From Escherichia coli (GTDB taxonomy: Bacteria; Pseudomonadota; Gammaproteobacteria; Enterobacterales; Enterobacteriaceae), in assembly GCF_003334335.1 (NCBI RefSeq), contig NZ_QOWQ01000003.1: 64,000 nucleotides of DNA. One strand, given 5' to 3'. The notes under the pieces were generated by a model. That model saw nothing but the letters and a program-made list of their open reading frames with translations, was not told the origin of the DNA and did not search any database. The position numbers were made by a program, and so were the translations under genes. Positions 1 through 6,617 of this stretch are shown here, piece by piece. The stretch's first letter is position 1; every line of letters begins with the position of its first letter.

Positions 1-76
1 ACGCGAGGCATCGTCTTAACGAGGCACCGAGGCGTCGCATTCTTCAGATGGTTCAACCCTTAAGTTAGCGCTTATG
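1..76 (+). mobile_element. IS186 (IS4 family) right end, partial at the window edge. The 23-bp terminal inverted repeat CAACCCTTAAGTTAGCGCTTATG lies at 54-76.
   Basis: Positions 1-76 match my recollection of the IS186 right end and finish in its terminal IR. The flanking target GGGTCAGGTCTCCCC fits the G-run/spacer/C-run target preference known for IS186. The terS-like reading frame loses its meaning exactly at 76/77. Confidence 0.75.
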
Positions 77-176
77 GGGTCAGGTCTCCCCGTTCCGCAA
101 GCTGCCGCGATTTTTCCCGCCACTGCTTCACGGCGATATCATCCAGGTAGGCGGGGGCTTTCGGTGGTCTTGCCAT
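77..176 (-). pseudogene. terS: 5' fragment (34 codons) of a P27-family small terminase gene, truncated by IS186.
   Basis: A minus-strand ATG at 174-176 (below the ORF-track size cut-off) gives MARPPKAPAYLDDIAVKQWREKSRQLAERGDLTP. This fits the N-terminal pattern of P27/Terminase_4 small terminases (RPPK, then L..A..W......L...G.LT). The frame runs straight into the IS186 IR, whose TAA (72-74) ends it. Confidence 0.55.
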
Positions 177-298
177 GCTTATTTTTCGTCAGATTATTTT
201 TCAAAAAATTCCCGTGCATAAAAATTTGGGGAGGCGTTCGGTGCCCGGCGGGGTCGGGTTTGTCCTGAAAACGCCCCCCACCCCGTCATACAGCCTCA

Positions 299-481
299 TC
301 AGCGATTGCGGAAACATTCCATAACCTCGCGGTCACGGTCGGTTAATCGCTTCGCTGTGATGCGTTCTGCGCGTCCTGACGCTTTATCTTTATGCCCTGT
401 TTCCTGTGTCTTCCATGCGTCACGCTGCCTTATAAGTCCACGGATAAGGCGGTTTTGTTCCCGCTCATTCATCAGCGTCAT
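299..481 (-). CDS. Hypothetical small protein (about 57-60 aa) between the HNH gene and terS.
   Basis: This is the 3' part of track ORF 299..703. An ATG at 481 (or 472) overlaps the HNH stop codon. The upstream part of the track ORF is just an alternative frame of the HNH gene. No family recognised. Confidence 0.35.
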   Translation of the reverse strand: MTLMNEREQNRLIRGLIRQRDAWKTQETGHKDKASGRAERITAKRLTDRDREVMECFRNR

Positions 482-905
482 ACATCCAGTTATTGCGGTT
501 AGCGGCCCGTTCTTCCTCTTCACGAAATCCACCTGCGGCACGCTTGCTTTTTGTTGCCGGATCAAGCCACTTCGTTTTCTGGTTATGACACGCCTGGCAC
601 AATGGCTGATGGTTCCATTCGGGCCAGAAGAGAACATCATCACCGCCATTAATCGGGATAATGTGATCCACCACCACGGCGGGCGTATATATCCCCTTCT
701 CAAGGCATCGCACGCATAACGGGTTTTTACTCAGATACATGGCGCGGTATTTTTCCCACTGTCTGGAGTACCCACGCGCGCGGCGGTGTCCTCGTCTGGC
801 ATCCTCTGCACGCCATGCCGCCCGCCTGTGCTCCTCACACTTGCCGGACTTAACGCGCCTGTTACAGCCTGGTTCTGTACATCGTCTTAATGGTTGCCAC
901 GGCAT
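465..905 (-). CDS. HNH endonuclease (packaging-associated).
   Basis: 146 aa with a Cys-rich N-terminus and an H-N-H core (VVDHIIPI ... WNHQPLCQACHNQKT). It sits immediately upstream of terS, as in HK97-like cos-packaging systems. Its start overlaps the preceding stop (ATGA). Confidence 0.85.
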   Translation of the reverse strand: MPWQPLRRCTEPGCNRRVKSGKCEEHRRAAWRAEDARRGHRRARGYSRQWEKYRAMYLSKNPLCVRCLEKGIYTPAVVVDHIIPINGGDDVLFWPEWNHQPLCQACHNQKTKWLDPATKSKRAAGGFREEEERAANRNNWMYDADE

Positions 906-1201
906 CAGTACACCCCCACATCACGGTAAGCCGTCCAGAGCGCGCCAATCGTCATGGGTACGCGCGTTTTTGCGTTATCCGCTACCAGCTGGCGATTCTC
1001 GTACAGGTGAGCGATAAACATCATGCAGCCAATCTTTATGGCTGGCGTGAACTCCAGCCCGTCATCAAAGCGCCTGCCTATATGTATCTGGCACGCCTCA
1101 AGCGATGCGGCAATGTATCCGCTGATTAACTGGTCTTCCTCGTCGCCATCGATGCGGCAATGGAGTTTCACTTCTTCCAGGGTGATAAGTTCTTCTGTCA
1201 T
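905..1201 (-). CDS. Head-tail connector protein (gp6-like, Phage_connect_1 type).
   Basis: 98 aa, MTEELITLEEVKLHCRIDGDEEDQLISGYIAA..., which is typical of gp6-like head-tail connector proteins. It is translationally coupled to both neighbours by 4-nt ATGA overlaps. Confidence 0.7.
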   Translation of the reverse strand: MTEELITLEEVKLHCRIDGDEEDQLISGYIAASLEACQIHIGRRFDDGLEFTPAIKIGCMMFIAHLYENRQLVADNAKTRVPMTIGALWTAYRDVGVY

Positions 1202-1536
1202 TTTTCCGCGCCCTCACGACAAAGAATTTCAAGGCGTGTCCTGGCGGCATCCGGCAGCGGTTGCCCGATGATATTCAGTACACGCCCCGCCAGCGGCCCC
1301 GTACTGACCTTTATCCGGCTGGTGGCGTTGATGTCCTTCCGGTACCGTATCCAGATCCTTACGGTACCAATCGCCAGCTCTGCACCCGATGAAATGGCCT
1401 CCTTGCTGCTGATCATGTTCACGCTTGCCCAGAGTGTGTGACCGTCCTCCCACGTTTCGAGTATTTCGCCGGTTATATCCCTGGTCTGTTTCAGGGTCTG
1501 AATCGTTACCCTGTCACGCAGTCGCCCTATGTTCAT
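1198..1536 (-). CDS. Head closure / head-tail adaptor protein (SPP1 gp16-like).
   Basis: Start taken at MNIGRLRDRVTIQ... (ATG 1534-1536, overlapping the portal stop). Length (112 aa) and the RDRVTIQ motif fit phage head-tail adaptor/head-closure proteins. Confidence 0.65.
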   Translation of the reverse strand: MNIGRLRDRVTIQTLKQTRDITGEILETWEDGHTLWASVNMISSKEAISSGAELAIGTVRIWIRYRKDINATSRIKVSTGPLAGRVLNIIGQPLPDAARTRLEILCREGAEK

Positions 1537-2744
1537 TCCGGTTTTTCTCCCTCGCTGATTTTTACTTCCTGTTTCCATGCCTGGCTGAACTCATCACCAC
1601 CATCACGCGGGGACAGCCCTTCACGTTCGCGGGCTTCGTTCGGGCACATAACGCCGGATTTGATGCCGCGTTCATAGGTGGCAAAGCGTTCGCCAGGTGT
1701 GGCCCGTAACAGGTCCGCGCTGTCAAACTCCACCTGATACCGGATACCAGGTACAGGCGAGGCCACCAGCAGGGCGTTTTTTATCTGCTGCTCAAAGTTC
1801 GCCAGCCACGGGCGCATTGTCATGGTGAGAAATGCGCGGCTTGCCTCGCTGAAATTGCTGTAGGTGCTGTTGCTGTATTCCTGCAGAAAAATCGGCGAGA
1901 CGTTGAACATTCGGGCGATGTCTTCAATGGTGAAGCGACGGGAGGCCAGCCATTCAGCATCCTGATTACTCATGCCCAGCTGCTGATAGCTCATACCCCC
2001 TTCAAGGATGGGCGTTTTTCCGGCGTTTCTGGCCCCTTTGTAGCGTTCCAGTGCGGCTAATGCCTGTTTGCCCTTCACGCCGTCCAGCCATTCGCCTGAC
2101 GTGATAACCCCTGCCGCCATCATGCCATCACGCATCACGCTCGCGCCGTGGCGTTGTTGGGCCAGCCCAAGCCCCAGCGATTCGCGGCAGATGGTTACAG
2201 GTGAGCGCCCCATAAAACCGTCATCCGTGGAGTAACGAAGGTGGAGAACCTCCCACGGTAAATAGTTGCGGGTGTTTCCGGTGTAGGCGTCAGTGATGCA
2301 GTAGCGCCAGTTGTGTTCGCCTGTCTGCTCCACGTTCACCGACTGCGGCGGGTAAGGATGTAAAGCCACCGGAAAACCATCACGCCCCCACTGAATCACC
2401 GCATAAGCATTACCGTTTAACAGGCAGTGGCGGATCATCATTCGCTTAAACTGGTAGGGAGTCTGCCACGCGTTCGGGCGCTCGTTGAGGATGTGATCGA
2501 CCGGATGAGAATCAAGCCACTCGCGGGCCTCCTTCCCCTTCTCATTGCGTACCAGGTACAGGTAACACGGCATGGTAGCCACCGCCTCAGAGATGACCGT
2601 CACGGCGTTCATGACGGCGGGCAGTGATTCCGCTGTCCCCGATGATACGTACTCACCCGCCCCCGTGTTCGATGTGCCAGCCAGCGCCATAAATTCATCA
2701 AGCGTCATGCTGCGCTGCTCTTTTTTTCTTCTGAAAAGCCACAT
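1533..2744 (-). CDS. Portal protein, HK97 family.
   Basis: 403 aa. The sequence and its position next to the prohead protease and HK97-type capsid gene fit HK97-family portals (Phage_portal). Confidence 0.85.
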   Translation of the reverse strand: MWLFRRKKEQRSMTLDEFMALAGTSNTGAGEYVSSGTAESLPAVMNAVTVISEAVATMPCYLYLVRNEKGKEAREWLDSHPVDHILNERPNAWQTPYQFKRMMIRHCLLNGNAYAVIQWGRDGFPVALHPYPPQSVNVEQTGEHNWRYCITDAYTGNTRNYLPWEVLHLRYSTDDGFMGRSPVTICRESLGLGLAQQRHGASVMRDGMMAAGVITSGEWLDGVKGKQALAALERYKGARNAGKTPILEGGMSYQQLGMSNQDAEWLASRRFTIEDIARMFNVSPIFLQEYSNSTYSNFSEASRAFLTMTMRPWLANFEQQIKNALLVASPVPGIRYQVEFDSADLLRATPGERFATYERGIKSGVMCPNEAREREGLSPRDGGDEFSQAWKQEVKISEGEKPE

Positions 2745-2745
2745 A

Positions 2746-3318
2746 TCACACCCCCGCTAAATCCACCCACCAGCGGCGATTATCCGCACGCGGCATTTTT
2801 TCGGGGTGCTGCTCATACAGGGAACGGCGGGCCAGCTCCACGCCGGAATCGGGGTAAGCCGGTACCGATGTAACGGTAATTTCGTACAGTTCCGCCACCA
2901 GCACGGTGCGCACGCATGGATCTGTTGTGGTATCCCATACATCCTTACGGGAGCGAAAGCCAAAGCTCATCCCCGAGATGTCCCCACGCTTAACCAGTTC
3001 GATAACGTCGCGCCCTGTACTGGTATCCGGTGGGGTCAGTTCAAAGCGTAACCCTGTTTCGTCCTCTTCCAGTTTCAGCGTGCCGGAACGGGTACGCCCC
3101 AGCAACATGCTGTGGTCATGCTCATACAGGCCGCGAACGTCATTACCCGCCGCAAGCCATTCAGTAAACGCTCCCCGCTGGAATTTTTCGTAAAACTCCC
3201 CCCATAGCAGCTCTGAAAGCTTATCCCAGCGAACAACGTAGCCTGTAAGCGTGTTGCTGGCGCTGGTGGTGATTTCCGATGACCGGATTTCCATACTCTT
3301 CATAATTTTTTCACCCAT
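2746..3318 (-). CDS. Prohead serine protease, HK97 family (Peptidase S78/U35).
   Basis: 190-aa track ORF. The more likely start is ATG 3303 (MKSMEIR, preceded by GGTGA). The family assignment rests on overall resemblance to HK97-family prohead proteases as I recall them and on its position between the capsid and portal genes. Confidence 0.85.
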   Translation of the reverse strand: MGEKIMKSMEIRSSEITTSASNTLTGYVVRWDKLSELLWGEFYEKFQRGAFTEWLAAGNDVRGLYEHDHSMLLGRTRSGTLKLEEDETGLRFELTPPDTSTGRDVIELVKRGDISGMSFGFRSRKDVWDTTTDPCVRTVLVAELYEITVTSVPAYPDSGVELARRSLYEQHPEKMPRADNRRWWVDLAGV

Positions 3319-3357
3319 AAAACACTAAAGGGGCTTTTAAGCCCCTTCTGTATGCTG

Positions 3358-4515
3358 TTAATCGTCGTCCTGTGGCAGTTCCAGAATCTTGATCGCGTTC
3401 GAATCCACCACGCCACCGCCTAAATATTTCTGCGTGAAAATTTTGATGAAGCCCGGCTCTGTGAGGTTGTCCGGTCTGGTGCGAACACCTGTTTCGTGAT
3501 CAACAATGTAGTAACCGCGTTTGAAGTCACCCAGGGCAATAACGTTATCAGGCATAAACTCCAGATATTCGACCGGAAGGCCCAGCAACGTATCAGGATC
3601 ACCCGCCTGTAAACGGTCACGCCAGATGTAATCACCGTTCGCGTTCTTCACCTTCTGGAGTTTTGCCGCCGTCGTGGAGTTAACCACCCAGACCGCGTTT
3701 TTGCGGTATTTTTTACGTAATGCAAATTTCAGGTCGATCAGCGGGTCCGCAGATGTCCACGCCAGAGATTCGGAAGGTTTAATTACCTGCAACGTACCAA
3801 AATCACGCTCTTTGTCGTTCTTCTCTGCACGGGGTACGGATAAAAAGCCTTTTGCTTTTTTGTCACCGTCGCCCACAACCAGATCGCTTTCTTCGGTTTC
3901 CGTGAAGGTGTCGCCAATCTCGCCCGTCAGCCATGAAAGGATGTCCACATCGGAAAAATCCACGATTTCCTGTGTGGTGCGCGGGTACGCATAGACCGGA
4001 TACAGCTTAATGCTCACCTCGTTAATCTGCGGGGTGCTGGTCTGTTCGCGTGTCTTACCCTCTTCACCGTGGTTAACGGTCGCACCGCCAGCGGAAACAA
4101 GCTGCTTAAACTCGTTGCTGCTGATTTTCTTCACGGTACAGATGCGGCGCATGGTGGATTCATCCGTCAGCATTCGCATGATTTCGGTGTTCAGTTCGGG
4201 GATAACGGTATAACCACCATCAGCGGGAACGCCTGTACTTAATGCGCGGGTTTCACCTGTCAGGATGTAGTTGCGGAGTTCTGCCGGGTCAGTGGTCTGG
4301 CTGCTTTTACCTGGCTTGCTGCGCTCTTCGTCTGCAATGGCTTCAAGGCGGGAAATGTCTTTATCGAGGGATTCAGCTTTAGCGCGTAATTCGTCAAATG
4401 TTGCGCCCTCAGCATCGTTAAGACTGCGGTTTTCTTTTTCCGCGTTCTCCAGCATGTCGCGCATCTGATTTTTAATGGCGGTTTTCTGCTGGCGTAATTC
4501 GATTATTCTCGGCAT
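3358..4515 (-). CDS. Major capsid protein, HK97 family, with an N-terminal scaffolding (delta) domain.
   Basis: 385 aa. A coiled-coil-rich N-terminal stretch of about 100 aa is followed by an HK97-fold-like body. This is typical of HK97-type capsid proteins that need no separate scaffold. Confidence 0.9.
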   Translation of the reverse strand: MPRIIELRQQKTAIKNQMRDMLENAEKENRSLNDAEGATFDELRAKAESLDKDISRLEAIADEERSKPGKSSQTTDPAELRNYILTGETRALSTGVPADGGYTVIPELNTEIMRMLTDESTMRRICTVKKISSNEFKQLVSAGGATVNHGEEGKTREQTSTPQINEVSIKLYPVYAYPRTTQEIVDFSDVDILSWLTGEIGDTFTETEESDLVVGDGDKKAKGFLSVPRAEKNDKERDFGTLQVIKPSESLAWTSADPLIDLKFALRKKYRKNAVWVVNSTTAAKLQKVKNANGDYIWRDRLQAGDPDTLLGLPVEYLEFMPDNVIALGDFKRGYYIVDHETGVRTRPDNLTEPGFIKIFTQKYLGGGVVDSNAIKILELPQDDD

Positions 4516-4554
4516 AAAAAAAGTCCTGGGGTTAAGTAAGGAACTCCAGGACGC
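4516..4554 (-). terminator. Terminator-like hairpin immediately upstream of the capsid ATG. Its 3' arm contains the capsid Shine-Dalgarno sequence.
   Basis: The minus-strand RNA reads GCGTCCTGG-AGTTCCTTACTTAACC-CCAGGAC-TTTTTTT-ATG. That is a 7-bp stem (4523-4529 / 4546-4552), a 16-nt loop and a U7 run. AGGA lies inside the 3' arm, 8 nt before the ATG. Confidence 0.45.
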
Positions 4555-4707
4555 GGCAAAAACTCAACCGTTTTTCATAAGGAAATCAGCAATCGCACCG
4601 ATCGTTTTCCCGCCTGGTAATGAATATTGGCGAGAACATTAACAGGCGGAAAAGTGGCCCCAGCGTCCTGGCACCACGGGCGAGAATAATCATGATTCAG
4701 TTCGGGT

Positions 4708-4755
4708 AAAATATGCCGATCCTGTCAGTGAACAACGTGGAACAACCGCGAACAA
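4708..4755 (-). promoter_or_regulatory. Candidate promoter of the packaging/capsid operon with three helically phased direct repeats.
   Basis: GAACAA on the plus strand (TTGTTC on the minus strand) occurs at 4730, 4740 and 4750, exactly 10 bp apart. The proximal copy sits at a -35 position, 16 bp from a TATTTT -10-like hexamer (4708-4713, minus strand). Confidence 0.35.
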
Positions 4756-4773
4756 ATAATTTACAAAAAATGA

Positions 4774-4796
4774 CAAAAAGCCGGATTGCTCCGGCT
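4774..4796 (-). terminator. Rho-independent terminator after the 74-aa orphan gene.
   Basis: Minus strand: AGCCGGA-gcaa-TCCGGCT followed by TTTTTGTCATTTTTT. Confidence 0.75.
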
Positions 4797-4806
4797 GTAT
4801 GCGTGC

Positions 4807-5031
4807 TCAGTCCCTGATCCCTTTCAGAAATTCTATCAATGCATCTATCTGTTCAGGATTTACCGCCAGCATTTCACCGGACAGAGCACATCTCACAAAA
4901 CCATGCTGATCCTTTTCAATCAGTGCGCCCGTCTCCAGGAATGCGCGGTAATCATTGATGCTCATCGTCTCCATGTTGTCAGCATGGTATTTATCACGCT
5001 GTTTTAATATCTCATCAAATTTCATCGGCAT
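4807..5031 (-). CDS. Hypothetical protein (74 aa) in a stand-alone cassette.
   Basis: Track ORF 4807..5109. The preferred start is ATG 5031 (MPMKFDEILK...), preceded by GAGGAAAA. It is bracketed by two near-identical terminators. No family recognised. Confidence 0.55.
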   Translation of the reverse strand: MPMKFDEILKQRDKYHADNMETMSINDYRAFLETGALIEKDQHGFVRCALSGEMLAVNPEQIDALIEFLKGIRD

Positions 5032-5125
5032 TGTTTTTTCCTCTGTTGTGTCTGTTTGTTTCAGATAGTAACTATGCCTGACCGTGACGAAAACCCGGTA
5101 ATGCGCCATACCGTTTCAACTGGTG

Positions 5126-5150
5126 CAAAAAAAGCCGGATTTCTCCGGCT
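5126..5150 (-). terminator. Rho-independent terminator after the perC-like gene.
   Basis: Minus strand: AGCCGGA-gaaa-TCCGGCT followed by TTTTTTTG. The stem is identical to the terminator at 4774-4796. Confidence 0.75.
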
Positions 5151-5156
5151 GTGTGA

Positions 5157-5429
5157 TTAGCTGTCCTGGTAATTTCGCCATATTTCATCACCAGCACCAT
5201 CCATACCCATTTCGGCATAAGTGCGATCGACCGCCTTTTTCAGGTCTCCGTAATTATCCGGCGGCTCCGGTGGCCTCTGTGCCTTCCTGGAACATTCCAG
5301 CCGTCGCATCGTAACCTGATGCCGTTCCTTGTCTGTCTCCACCAGCAGCATGACTTCACCCCATCGCGCCGACGCCCTCCGGTAAAAGCCTTTTGCCTCG
5401 AGTTCCTCCGCTATGCGGTCATGTACCAT
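5157..5429 (-). CDS. PerC-family transcriptional regulator-like protein (90 aa).
   Basis: Start taken at MVHDRIAEELEAKGFYRRASARWGEVM... (ATG 5427-5429, RBS GAGGGGG, 10 nt after the ssb stop). The AEELE..G.YRRA..RW.EV motif resembles PerC/Pch proteins. Confidence 0.6.
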   Translation of the reverse strand: MVHDRIAEELEAKGFYRRASARWGEVMLLVETDKERHQVTMRRLECSRKAQRPPEPPDNYGDLKKAVDRTYAEMGMDGAGDEIWRNYQDS

Positions 5430-5439
5430 CGTCACCCCC

Positions 5440-5850
5440 TCAGAACGGAATATCATCACCGTAGGGGTCATCGTCTCCCGCTGGTGGCTGATTACCCTGT
5501 GTGCCTGTGGTTTTGCGTCTGTTCCCGCCAGGACGTGCCGCACGGGCACTGATTACGCTGTCTGCAATAACCTGATACCCCTGTCGTGTTTCCCCGTTCT
5601 GTCCGGTCCACTGGCTTACCTGCATCGTGCCGGATACGCTGGCAACATCGCCTTTTTGATGTTTAGCCAGGAAATCGGCCTGTTTGCCAAATGCGATAAC
5701 CGATAACCATAACGTCGCCTGTCCGTCATGTGCTTGGCTGCATGGCAACGATACCGCCATACGCGCCAGAGTCATCGGTGTGCCCTTGCTGCTCTGTTTT
5801 ACCAGCGGGTCGTCCACCAGGCGCCCGTAAGCTGCAATTTGTGCTGTCAT
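5440..5850 (-). CDS. ssb: Single-stranded DNA-binding protein.
   Basis: 136 aa with an OB-fold-like N-terminus, a Gly/Pro/Gln-rich linker and the diagnostic acidic tail DDDPYGDDIPF. Confidence 0.9.
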   Translation of the reverse strand: MTAQIAAYGRLVDDPLVKQSSKGTPMTLARMAVSLPCSQAHDGQATLWLSVIAFGKQADFLAKHQKGDVASVSGTMQVSQWTGQNGETRQGYQVIADSVISARAARPGGNRRKTTGTQGNQPPAGDDDPYGDDIPF

Positions 5851-5859
5851 ATTGCCACC

Positions 5860-6165
5860 TCAGTGAAGCGATCCGGCGTTGTTCTTTTTCATCTCTTCCA
5901 TCATTTTTTCAGTGAGCATTACGCACTGAAAACCCATGTTTTTGATGTCTACGGGTTTCATGCCTTTGTCAGTGGATATCACAGGCAGAATATCCTGATA
6001 CACATCGCGGTCAGGGTAACTAAGCACACAAAGCGCCCATGATGCCACGGGTGAGGATCCTTCGTCTGTTTCAACCCACCAGCCTGGTGTAGCTGCGCTT
6101 ATTTGCTGAATCGTGATCCGTCCGTTGTGCTTGTAAAGTTTTTCACCAAATTTTGGTTCGCTCAT
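5860..6165 (-). CDS. Hypothetical protein (101 aa).
   Basis: Track ORF in the same operon. Its start overlaps the upstream stop by 4 nt (6162-6165). No family recognised. Confidence 0.5.
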   Translation of the reverse strand: MSEPKFGEKLYKHNGRITIQQISAATPGWWVETDEGSSPVASWALCVLSYPDRDVYQDILPVISTDKGMKPVDIKNMGFQCVMLTEKMMEEMKKNNAGSLH

Positions 6166-6413
6166 GATTCCAACTCTCCGGTTTTAACGTTGATTGTTGT
6201 TACCTGTTCCGCTTCGGCAATCTCACGTTCTGTCAGCGTGGCAAAGTTTGCCGCTGCTGTGGTCATGAATGCGCTTATCAGGTCGGGATGTTCTTTCGCG
6301 TATCCTTCCCCCGCGTGGCGGTCTATCGTTCTGATTGCCACCTTTAAGGCGTGCTCTGTCATGTCTAACGCTTTATATTTTGGCTCTGTTCTGTCTCTGT
6401 GTTTTTGAGTCAT
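6162..6413 (-). CDS. Hypothetical protein (83 aa).
   Basis: Track ORF 6162..6545. The start is moved to ATG 6413 (MTQKHRDR...) because the upstream 44 codons lie in the iteron array. Confidence 0.45.
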   Translation of the reverse strand: MTQKHRDRTEPKYKALDMTEHALKVAIRTIDRHAGEGYAKEHPDLISAFMTTAAANFATLTEREIAEAEQVTTINVKTGELES

Positions 6414-6617
6414 TTGCCCACCTCTACCCACTTTTTTCGCCCACTTTTTACGTTTTCCCACTTCGTCCAACGTGGGAAATTTGGGATTTATATCATCTTG
6501 TTTCATAGGTATTTTTTTAGTGCCCACTTTTTGGGATATATACACGTGGGAAAGTGGGTAATTTTGTTAAAATTACGTTAAATCGCCCACCTTTCCCACT
6601 TTTAATGCCCACTTTTT
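6414..6617. repeat. Iteron array, the probable satellite origin of replication.
   Basis: There are 11 copies of the core CCCAC(T/C)TT. Eight are direct (about 6416, 6427, 6439, 6456, 6522, 6585, 6594, 6607), several as GCCCACTTTTT. Three are inverted (6472, 6546, 6554). They flank an AT-rich spacer (6480-6521). The array starts on the stop codon of the rep helicase gene. Confidence 0.7.

Noticed and set aside
299-703. 134-aa minus-strand ORF and its 137-aa plus-strand counterpart (306-719).
   Set aside because: Both overlap the clearly real HNH endonuclease gene (465-905) in other frames. Only the 3' 60 codons downstream of the HNH stop are kept, as a low-confidence small ORF.
4730-4760. Possible P4-type ori/crr iterons (TGTTCAC-like motifs in GTGAACAACGTGGAACAACCGCGAACAA).
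   Set aside because: There are only three copies, they lie far from the rep gene, and a much stronger iteron array exists at 6414-6617. I interpret these as phased activator or promoter elements of the capsid operon instead.
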